DNA of 64,000 nt from a virus, in IMG/VR virus record IMGVR_UViG_3300049434_000028, positions 1 to 64,000 of that record. One strand, 5' to 3'. Both the position numbers and the translations under genes were made by a program. Below the pieces are notes generated by a model. The model did no database searches. It was given only the letters and a program-made list of their open reading frames with translations, and had not been told where the DNA came from. Each line of letters starts with the position of its first letter. The first letter of the stretch is position 1. This document shows positions 1-7,352 of this stretch, piece by piece.

Positions 1-643
1 GGTGCGCCAGATGCTCGGGAGCCAAGTCGGCGACCTTGACCTTCTTATCGTTACCGACCTGATGGGCAGGCACCGCAATACCGGACGCCTTGGATACCGC
101 CCTCGCGACAGCCGGGCTCATCGTGACGGTGTGGCCCCCGGCATGCGCATCCATGAGAGCGGAGACAGCGTGCTTCTCGTTGGACGGCGAGTTCAGCGGG
201 CTCATCACCGCGCTGGCGGTGATGGCCTGGTCGGGGGTGTAGGCCGGGCCGCTCTTGGTCTTCGGAACGGACTTCAGGATGGCCGCGTGGTGATTGAAGT
301 ACCAACCGGCGCCCTTCGGTGCACCTGGTCCTTCTTGCGAATGAACCGCCCGGTCGTAGAGGTCCGAGCGGGATTCAGAGGCAGATCGCAGCGTAATGGG
401 CTTGCTCTTCACCAACGGGGCAACCTTGCTCAAGGCTCCGACGCGCCGCTCGGCCTTCTTGTTCGTGGTCGAGCCGGAGAGCCTGGTGATCTCCCCGGCG
501 ACCCGCCCAGGAAGGTCGACACCCTGCTGGCGAACGTGCTCACTGAGCACGGCCTGCCCAGACCTCGGGATGTCGGAGTACTGCAGCGCTCGCCCCTCGG
601 GGGCCGCGACTACCTTCTTGGCCTTCGGCTTGGCGAGGGGCAC
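1..643 (-). CDS. hypothetical protein (runs off window start)
   Basis: Hand-translated open frame from GTG 643 (MPLAKPKAKK...GAGWYFNHH...ASAVMSPLNSPSNE...), starting 6 nt after the stop of the preceding minus-strand gene. Not in the ORF track because it has no stop in the window. Confidence 0.75.
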   Translation of the reverse strand, partial: MPLAKPKAKKVVAAPEGRALQYSDIPRSGQAVLSEHVRQQGVDLPGRVAGEITRLSGSTTNKKAERRVGALSKVAPLVKSKPITLRSASESRSDLYDRAVHSQEGPGAPKGAGWYFNHHAAILKSVPKTKSGPAYTPDQAITASAVMSPLNSPSNEKHAVSALMDAHAGGHTVTMSPAVARAVSKASGIAVPAHQVGNDKKVKVADLAPEHLAH

Positions 644-649
644 GACGTC

Positions 650-1114
650 CTACTTCCAGTTCGGGGAGAGGCTGCGGAGATCCTCCCGTACGAGGGGGTT
701 GACGGCCAGACCGGCCGCACCGCGGGGCAGCATGCCGCCCTCGATCTGCTCGCGTGCGGTCATCAACGGCGCTGCGCGTAGGCCGGTCCGTGCCTGCCGC
801 GCGATGCCGGACATCGGGTCCAGCTCCGGGGGCCAGAGGTAGTCGGCCGGGTCGACCTTCTCGCCCTTGTGCACGCCGCGCTGGTAGCTGCGCTGGTTCA
901 GTCGGTTCTTCAGGCTGTTCAGCAACCGGTCCTCACGGCGGGACTGGATCACGCCCAAGTAGCCATCTGGATACTCAGCAGTGGGGACGAACCCCATCTG
1001 CGCCCTGCGCGCATCCAGAGGATCCCTGAAGCTGATCACCTGCCCGCCACCGCCGGACTGGACCGGGGCTGCAGCGTTGCCAGCTAGCTGCGTCCCGTAC
1101 TGCCAGTTGCTCAC
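650..1114 (-). CDS. hypothetical phage protein
   Basis: 154-aa ORF, GTGA-coupled to the upstream gene; YPDGYLG...RREDRLL...QRSYQRGVHKGE core. Confidence 0.8.
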   Translation of the reverse strand: MSNWQYGTQLAGNAAAPVQSGGGGQVISFRDPLDARRAQMGFVPTAEYPDGYLGVIQSRREDRLLNSLKNRLNQRSYQRGVHKGEKVDPADYLWPPELDPMSGIARQARTGLRAAPLMTAREQIEGGMLPRGAAGLAVNPLVREDLRSLSPNWK

Positions 1115-1434
1115 ATCGGGCCGTACGTCAGGCCGCCGCTGCGGAAGTTGTTGTTGCTCCCCACGGCGCTAGGCATGATGCGCCCGTTCGCCTGCGTCGG
1201 GGCCTGCTCGTCCGCCTGGGTGGCCGCCGTGCGGAACGCGGTGATGCGATGCGCAGCGCCAGCGGCCGAGTACGGGATGCCGGTGCGGCGCATCGCGGTC
1301 GCGGGCTCGACGCCGCCAACGGTGCTCTTCTTCGGCACGACCATGCCCTCACGCATGTCGCCGGTACGGGGCGCGCCGCTGCTGTAGGCCTCGTTGCCGA
1401 CCTTCGGGAACTTGTTCGTGTACTTGCCCGCCAT
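1111..1434 (-). CDS. hypothetical protein
   Basis: 107 aa, AAGGAG Shine-Dalgarno (SD) before ATG. Confidence 0.75.
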   Translation of the reverse strand: MAGKYTNKFPKVGNEAYSSGAPRTGDMREGMVVPKKSTVGGVEPATAMRRTGIPYSAAGAAHRITAFRTAATQADEQAPTQANGRIMPSAVGSNNNFRSGGLTYGPM

Positions 1435-1468
1435 GGCTGCACTCCTTGCGCGTAGGACCGTCTAGGCC

Positions 1469-1792
1469 CTATTCAACCTTGACGATGAAGAGCATCGCGG
1501 AGAGTTCGTCGCCGTGCTTGCCCTCTACCTCGGTGAAGCCCGGCCGGACCACGAGGTCGAGCCCGCGCTGCGCAACGTAGCCGCGGGCGATGGCACAGCC
1601 CTTCATCGCCTGGTTGACCGAGCCCGCACCGATGGCGCGCAGGATGACCTTCTGGTTGTCGTACAACGCGTGGCTGATCGCTGACGCCAGGGATTGTGCT
1701 GGCGACGCAGCCCCCACCCTGAGGACGGCCTCGGGATTACGCCCGACATGCTCCGAGGCCAGCCCGTCGTTAGTCGTATCTGCCACGGTCAT
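1469..1792 (-). CDS. spoVS: SpoVS (stage V sporulation protein S)-family protein
   Basis: LRV...SLASAI...RAIGAGSVNQAMKGCAIARGYVAQRGLDLVVRPGF matches the SpoVS signature (AIGAGAxNQAxKAxAIARG...G.DL...P.F). Confidence 0.9.
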   Translation of the reverse strand: MTVADTTNDGLASEHVGRNPEAVLRVGAASPAQSLASAISHALYDNQKVILRAIGAGSVNQAMKGCAIARGYVAQRGLDLVVRPGFTEVEGKHGDELSAMLFIVKVE

Positions 1793-1798
1793 CCGTGC

Positions 1799-2407
1799 CT
1801 ACCGTTCCGTGTATTGGCGCAGGTCTTTCATGACGTCTAGCTGGTAGCCCAAGAGGTTGCTGTCGTCCGGCCAGACTAGGGCCGCAGCCATCTTCGCGAG
1901 GCCATAGGCGTCAGCTTCGTTATCGTCGGCGAACGAGACCCCCCACTGCTTGTAGACGTTGAGCTTCATGTCGCTCTTCGCGCTGCCCGACCCAGAGCCC
2001 TTGCCGGAGACGAACTTCTTCAGCTTCGTGGTGGCCACGATCGTCGGGTAGCAAACCGGGCTGGCCAGGTTCGGGTGCAGCCGCAGCGCCACCTTGACCA
2101 CCGCGCCCAACTCCCCCGCGATCTCGCGGCCGAACTTGCTGTTGGGTGCGTAGCCCTCCATGCACACATGCACGACAGGGCCAGGGTGCTCCAGGATCTC
2201 CGTCACCCACGATGCGATCGTCACCAGCCGATCGACGCCGGTCCCGAACTTCTTCGGCTCGAAGCCGCGCCGGTAGACCTCGTACTTGCCGACCCGATCC
2301 ATACCGCAGATCGCGAAGCCGCTGTAGGACTGGTCGATCCCGAACACCACGCCGCCGGATGCGGTAACCGCGGGCGCAGCACGTAGGCGGCGCTTGATCG
2401 TGGTCAC
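1799..2407 (-). CDS. ruvC: RuvC-like Holliday junction resolvase
   Basis: FGIDQS, CMEGY and DDNEADAY motifs; start set at GTG 2407 (GTGA overlap). Confidence 0.85.
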   Translation of the reverse strand: MTTIKRRLRAAPAVTASGGVVFGIDQSYSGFAICGMDRVGKYEVYRRGFEPKKFGTGVDRLVTIASWVTEILEHPGPVVHVCMEGYAPNSKFGREIAGELGAVVKVALRLHPNLASPVCYPTIVATTKLKKFVSGKGSGSGSAKSDMKLNVYKQWGVSFADDNEADAYGLAKMAAALVWPDDSNLLGYQLDVMKDLRQYTER

Positions 2408-2739
2408 GCTGTCTCCAATACGCCGAGCACGCCTGCGCGCACCGCAGCCTCGTAGTAGGCCTTGGAAGGCTTCCAACATGCAGGAATGGCGTGTAGGTAC
2501 ACGCCTACCTGCGGGTCGAAGGACCAACCCTTCACCGATGAGCAGGTGCAGTACGGCCGGTCCGTGCCAGGGCGCTCGCTGTGCAGGTATGCATCCAGCG
2601 CACGCTTGGCCGCCTCAGGATCCACGCCGAACGTGCCGGGCACCTCAGCAGCCGCCACCGCGTCCTGCATGCGGATCGGCTTCTTCGGACCGGTCGGCTC
2701 CGGCTCTTCCTTCTTCGGCCGTCGCTTGATGACGGTCAC
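2404..2739 (-). CDS. hypothetical protein (Cys/His motif)
   Basis: GTG 2739 coupled to upstream stop; CxC...H...C. Confidence 0.65.
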   Translation of the reverse strand: MTVIKRRPKKEEPEPTGPKKPIRMQDAVAAAEVPGTFGVDPEAAKRALDAYLHSERPGTDRPYCTCSSVKGWSFDPQVGVYLHAIPACWKPSKAYYEAAVRAGVLGVLETA

Positions 2740-2945
2740 GACTTCTCCCCCGCGGTGCTGTCGGTCTCCCACGATCCGACAGGCTTGGTCCGCTCGACGA
2801 CCAGGATCTCGAACTCCTCGGTGACGTCGAACTTCTCCAAGGCCTCGATCATCCCGTTGCCCAGGTCGCGGTACCGGGTGACGACATAGACGCGATTGCT
2901 CAGGCCACCGCGCATCAAGTGAGGAGGCTGTTTCTTACTGCCCAT
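2736..2945 (-). CDS. hypothetical protein
   Basis: 69-aa ORF in a coupled operon. Confidence 0.6.
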   Translation of the reverse strand: MGSKKQPPHLMRGGLSNRVYVVTRYRDLGNGMIEALEKFDVTEEFEILVVERTKPVGSWETDSTAGEKS

Positions 2946-3120
2946 CAGATCTCACCTCAGTGATCCAGGAGATACGGTCGGCCCGCTCAGCCAGAACGAT
3001 GAACGGCACGGTGTGCATCGGACCCTTGCAGAACACGACGAAGCCAGGCTCGAACATGACGTAGTCGGCCTCGATCTGCGTGTTGTCCCCAGCATGGCTT
3101 CGGTACAAGAACGTCCTCAC
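2935..3120 (-). CDS. hypothetical protein
   Basis: GTG 3120 overlaps the upstream TGA. Confidence 0.6.
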   Translation of the reverse strand: MRTFLYRSHAGDNTQIEADYVMFEPGFVVFCKGPMHTVPFIVLAERADRISWITEVRSDGQ

Positions 3121-3323
3121 AGCTTCTCCTTCGCCCGCAGCACGGCGCACACCGCGTCAGCCTCGTCGATCGACTCGTAGCCGTCGGCCTTCGTACCCCT
3201 GGCCCAGGTGCGCGTGTGGTGGTCGATCACCGTGTAGTAGTACCGCTTCTCGACCTGGCACCACGATGACTGCACGGTGTACCGCGGCAGCGCGGCCTTG
3301 GTGCGCCGACGAATCGTGGTCAT
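3117..3323 (-). CDS. hypothetical protein
   Basis: ATG 3323 (MTTIRRR), ATGA coupling. Confidence 0.6.
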   Translation of the reverse strand: MTTIRRRTKAALPRYTVQSSWCQVEKRYYYTVIDHHTRTWARGTKADGYESIDEADAVCAVLRAKEKL

Positions 3324-3829
3324 GAGCCGCCCGCCCAACGGTTGCTGCGACGCTCCGGCGCCTCCCGATCGACGCGGCGGGTCAGCTCACGGGAGACGAC
3401 GGCCGCGTCTCGCACGAACGCCTCATGCCGAGCCTCCAGCAGCTTGCGGTAGGCGTAGGCGTCGAGCTGCTCCTGCCGGTACGCAACTACGTCCTCGTCC
3501 TCCTCCATGCGGGCCTTGGCCAGGGTGACGCGGTCCTCCTTGCCGCCGGTCCACCCCTTCACTACCGCAATGGCCTTGGCCTTGTCGTAGAGCGTCTCAG
3601 CCGCGCGCTCGTCGATCGCCGCCATCGCCAACTGAGCCCCGGAGTAGTCCGCCCAGCGAGTGAGGAGCACTAGCAGGCTCATCAGCTCGCTGTCGTCCAG
3701 ATCGGTTGGGTCGGCGGGCAATTCGGGTTCGTCGCTCGGTCTCTTGGGCAACGTCAACGACCGCTGCGCGGCGCGTGCTCGTGCGCGCTCCGTTTCCTCT
3801 GCGTGCTTCAACCGTGGGTTCCGAGGCAT
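3320..3829 (-). CDS. UvsY-like recombination mediator (putative)
   Basis: 169-aa all-helical pattern (W..Y..AQL...KAKA...D.DV...Q....AY.KLLE...A...SR) resembling T4 UvsY; same operon as RecA and the gp32-like SSB. Confidence 0.5.
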   Translation of the reverse strand: MPRNPRLKHAEETERARARAAQRSLTLPKRPSDEPELPADPTDLDDSELMSLLVLLTRWADYSGAQLAMAAIDERAAETLYDKAKAIAVVKGWTGGKEDRVTLAKARMEEDEDVVAYRQEQLDAYAYRKLLEARHEAFVRDAAVVSRELTRRVDREAPERRSNRWAGGS

Positions 3830-5159
3830 TGTGATCCTTGTCGTCGAAGCTCTTGCACTTGACGCACAGCTTGTTGCGCCCGTTCTTGCACGACGGCGCC
3901 TCACCGGTCTCCAGTGCGTAGACGACGTCCTTGCAGGTCTCCAATACCTCCGCGATCCACTCCTTGTCCGGCCCGATCGAGAACTCCTTGACCGCCTGCG
4001 TCGGCTTGTACTCGTAGATGAACACGATCTTGTTCACCTCGGGCCAGTCGTACAGCTCGGTCATGCGCTGCCGAAGGTACAGGTAGATGACACCCTGGCG
4101 CAGGTGCGCCGGGAACGGGCGACGCAGGTCCCGGAAGAGCGCCTTGTGATCCAGGAACTTGTACGCCTTGCCCTCGGCGTCGGTGACCTCGCGCGTGTAG
4201 TCGCGCATCGTCTTCGGGGACTCGATGCGCACCGTGCCCTCGCCGATGCTCTTGACCTCCAGCAGGACGGCCGGTGCGCCATCGCGACGGATCTCGCCGT
4301 CGGCGTGACCCATAATCAGATTCGACTCGTCCTCCAACACCACCTCGTCGTACCGCAACGCTGCACGAGGGGCACTGCACAGATTGCACAGCTTGGGCGA
4401 GGTGGTCCACCACTCGTTCTGGCAGACCGTGCAGTAGAACTTCCCCCACAACGTCCCGATATCCCAGAACCACATCTGCCACTTGGCGTGGATCTGGTTG
4501 CCCTCCTCGTAGACGTTGTCCAGCGAGAAGTGCGGCGTCTCCTCGGTGAAGCTCTTGCCAGCACGGACCGCGGAGATGCGCAGGTACGCCGCGCGAGGGC
4601 AGAAGTCGCTCTTGGCCAGCTCGCTAACGTGCAGCAGGTGATGATGGCGGTCGACGCCCTGCGGCTGGCTGAGCAGGTGCTGCTGCACCATCGGGAGCAA
4701 CGTCTGCTGCGCCTTCTTGGTCTCCGCGAACCGGCCGAGCATGCCGACCGCCTTGCGCGGCGCTGGCGCAGCGGCCGTCTTGCGCGCGGCTGCCGTCTTC
4801 TTGGCGTAGCGCTCCACCTTGGCGGTCACGGGCTTCTCCTGTTGACGTGTCCTGATGTTGATCACCGGGGCAAGCGAGGCCTCGTACTCCTCCTTGCGGC
4901 GCTTCTTCTCCTTGTAGCGGTCCCGCTCGCTCATCCCGCCCCAAACGCCGAAGCGTTCGCCGCGCATCAGTGCGTACTCCAAGCATTGCGCACGCCACCG
5001 ACAAACCTCGTGCTTGCCGTCCTCGCCGTTGCAGACCTTCTTCGCCTGGCGAGCCGTGATCTGAGCGGTCCCCTTCTCCGGATAGAACCCGTCACCCGGC
5101 AGATCGCTGCAGTTGGCCCCTTCCCACTCGACCGGGCTGGTCATCTTCATGATCGTCAC
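3597..5159 (-). CDS. whiB: WhiB-family transcription factor in frame with a Cas4-like PD-(D/E)XK exonuclease
   Basis: N-terminal four Cys plus GVWGG. C-terminal HVSEL..SDFCPR, GNQIH, GHADG, LEVKS, HLRQ...Y and C-terminal Cys triad. Internal AGGAG plus GTG at 4829. Confidence 0.85.
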   Translation of the reverse strand: MTIMKMTSPVEWEGANCSDLPGDGFYPEKGTAQITARQAKKVCNGEDGKHEVCRWRAQCLEYALMRGERFGVWGGMSERDRYKEKKRRKEEYEASLAPVINIRTRQQEKPVTAKVERYAKKTAAARKTAAAPAPRKAVGMLGRFAETKKAQQTLLPMVQQHLLSQPQGVDRHHHLLHVSELAKSDFCPRAAYLRISAVRAGKSFTEETPHFSLDNVYEEGNQIHAKWQMWFWDIGTLWGKFYCTVCQNEWWTTSPKLCNLCSAPRAALRYDEVVLEDESNLIMGHADGEIRRDGAPAVLLEVKSIGEGTVRIESPKTMRDYTREVTDAEGKAYKFLDHKALFRDLRRPFPAHLRQGVIYLYLRQRMTELYDWPEVNKIVFIYEYKPTQAVKEFSIGPDKEWIAEVLETCKDVVYALETGEAPSCKNGRNKLCVKCKSFDDKDHNASEPTVEARRGNGARTSTRRAAVVDVAQETERRTRIARRPNRSGRQRADEPASAPHSLGGLLRGSVGDGGDRRARG

Positions 5160-5461
5160 ATGCCCCGGCTGGCGAGGTAGTCCTCCCGCAGGAGGAGCAC
5201 CCAATGCCGTCCATTGATGTCGATCCCGACCACCGGCTCGCGGCCCTCGGACTGTGCCTCCTTGCGGATCTTGTCCAACCACGCACCTTTGAGCGACAAG
5301 GAGTCGTTGTCGGTGCGCTTGTTCTCGATCAGCAGGTCGTCCGTGCGGACGTCACCCTTGCGGAACGCGCCGTTGCCGGAGCCGGGTGTGACCCGGCCTC
5401 CGTAGTCCTTGGCGTCACGCTTCTCCTGCTCGCGGCTCCGGCGCAGGTTGCGGTCAACCAT
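5156..5461 (-). CDS. Hjc-type PD-(D/E)XK nuclease / resolvase
   Basis: QEK...PGSG...KGDV...IENKRT...WLDKI..EA pattern. Confidence 0.7.
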   Translation of the reverse strand: MVDRNLRRSREQEKRDAKDYGGRVTPGSGNGAFRKGDVRTDDLLIENKRTDNDSLSLKGAWLDKIRKEAQSEGREPVVGIDINGRHWVLLLREDYLASRGM

Positions 5462-5687
5462 GAAAGACCAGCTTCGTCAGTTCCATGTTGGCCAGACCCA
5501 CCGCGGTCAGCGCGGTATCCAGCCAGCTCTGTACTTCCTCGGCTGCATCGGCATCCATGAAGCCGCCGACCTGCCGGTGGTCGTTCTCGTACTGCATGTA
5601 GAGCCCGACGTGGTCCGACCCCTCCGGCTGGTGCAGGTAGAGAGCCGTACCGGCGACCGCCCAACCCTTCCACTGATGCTGCGTCAC
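5454..5687 (-). CDS. hypothetical protein
   Basis: 77 aa, coupled to the recA stop. Confidence 0.6.
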   Translation of the reverse strand: MTQHQWKGWAVAGTALYLHQPEGSDHVGLYMQYENDHRQVGGFMDADAAEEVQSWLDTALTAVGLANMELTKLVFHG

Positions 5688-6781
5688 GTCCGCCGCCGGA
5701 TCTTCTTACGTGCAGGCTCCGGCGGTGCAATCGACTCCACGGTGTCGCCGCGGGCCGCATCCAACACCTCCTTGCGCACACGCGCAAACAGCTCCTCGTC
5801 CTCGCGGATAGCGCTGTAAAAGCCGACCTTGCCGCCGGGGTAGCGCACGTCCTCGTAGCGGTTGCCGTTCCCGCTGCGCTCCACGATGTCGTAGGCGAGC
5901 GAGAGGTTCAGCGTCTCCTTGTAGATGTCGTACGTGCCCGCCTCGATGTCGGCCACGTCGGCGAAGTAGAAGTCGACCACCGCGGGCTGGCCGGGCCGGG
6001 CGCCCTTCATCTTGATCGTCGAGATCTTGATGGCCTGGCCGACCTTCTCCTTCTCGGCGCCGACACCGTCGTACAGCCACTCGTCGCGCCGGACCTCGAC
6101 ACGGCAGTACATCCAGAAGTTCTTGGCCTTCCCGCCGGGCGTCGTGCGGGGATCGCCATGCATGACGCCGATCTTCTCGCGCCACTGGTTGATCAGAATG
6201 CCAACGATCGGCCGGTCGTCGTCCACGAGCGAGCGCTTGGTCGCCTTCGTGGCCTTGCGCATGAACTGGTTGGTGCGCCGTGCACCTGCGCCGGGCGACC
6301 ACTCGTCCATGGCCTTGTTGTCCTCGTCCGCAGGCACCAGGGCGGGCAGGGAGTCGATGACCACCATGTCGCACGCACGGTTGCCAACGAACTCCAGGAC
6401 GGCCTCGTAGGCCACCTCCATGACGTTCTCTTCAATCAAGAACACGCGCGTGTTGTCGACGCCGAGCATCGCGGCGTACTCCTCGTCGTAGCTCTCGGCC
6501 GCGACCCACACGACGCTGAAGCTCGGGTCGGCCTTCTGCGCCGCCGCGATCGTCTTCAGGGTGATGGTGGTCTTGCCGCTGCCCTCGTTGCCGACGATCT
6601 CGCTCCACTGGTTGACCGGCCAGCCGCCGCCAAGCGCGACGTCCAGCGCGAGCGAGCCGGTGGACAGCCGCGGGGGCTTCATGCGCGCCGAGCTGGCCAC
6701 GACGACGGTACCCGCGCCGTGCTTCTTGTTGATCGCCGTCAGGATCGCCTGGGCGTTCTTGCGCGCTTCTTCTGTTGCCAC
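5684..6781 (-). CDS. recA: RecA-like recombinase
   Basis: STGSLALDVALGGG, GNEGSGKTT, VVIDSLPAL, INQWREKIGVMHGDPRTTPGGKA. Confidence 0.97.
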   Translation of the reverse strand: MATEEARKNAQAILTAINKKHGAGTVVVASSARMKPPRLSTGSLALDVALGGGWPVNQWSEIVGNEGSGKTTITLKTIAAAQKADPSFSVVWVAAESYDEEYAAMLGVDNTRVFLIEENVMEVAYEAVLEFVGNRACDMVVIDSLPALVPADEDNKAMDEWSPGAGARRTNQFMRKATKATKRSLVDDDRPIVGILINQWREKIGVMHGDPRTTPGGKAKNFWMYCRVEVRRDEWLYDGVGAEKEKVGQAIKISTIKMKGARPGQPAVVDFYFADVADIEAGTYDIYKETLNLSLAYDIVERSGNGNRYEDVRYPGGKVGFYSAIREDEELFARVRKEVLDAARGDTVESIAPPEPARKKIRRRT

Positions 6782-6814
6782 CGTGGTGCTCCTGGTCCGT
6801 GTCTGGGTGGTCGG

Positions 6815-7318
6815 TTACTTCCGTGCGTCGAAGGTGTGCGTGCGCCCCCCATCCACGACGGTGACCCGGTGACCCTTGCCGAGCTGGCGCGCCTTAGTAG
6901 CCGTGCCGTCGGCACGCGCCGCGGTGGCGCCGCCATGCGAGCTACCGGCCTGGATGAGCGGGTACCCGCAGTCGAAGCAGCGGGCCGCCGCCTCGATACG
7001 CAAGGGCATCCCGTTCTCGGTCCGGCGCTGGGCGAAGAAGTTCCCGCTGCCGCACTCGGGGCACGTCCCCGAGTCCTCCTTGACCTTCTTACTGCCCCCC
7101 GTGGACAGCGCCGCGTTCACCAGGGCCGTCATGACCCCGTCGTCGGCGATCGGCTGGCCGGTGTTGGCGTCGTAGCTCGTTGGCACGCTCTGCGGGGGTG
7201 GGGCCTGCTGCTGCGGGGGCTCCCGGTGCATCCCCGGCATGATCACGGAGGCCTGCTGACGCTGCGTCGGGGCAGAGTTGCCGCCGAGCTTGCGCGCCCA
7301 CCAGTCGCTACCACCCAT
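6815..7318 (-). CDS. zinc-ribbon protein
   Basis: CPECGSGNF...RCFDCGYP. Confidence 0.75.
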   Translation of the reverse strand: MGGSDWWARKLGGNSAPTQRQQASVIMPGMHREPPQQQAPPPQSVPTSYDANTGQPIADDGVMTALVNAALSTGGSKKVKEDSGTCPECGSGNFFAQRRTENGMPLRIEAAARCFDCGYPLIQAGSSHGGATAARADGTATKARQLGKGHRVTVVDGGRTHTFDARK

Positions 7319-7352
7319 GTCGTGTTCCCACCTGGTCCGTGTAATGCCCGGT

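Noticed and set aside
3597-4829. CRISPR-Cas locus suggested by the Cas4-like gene
   Set aside because: No repeat-spacer array or other cas genes seen; stand-alone Cas4-like nucleases are common in phage replication modules.
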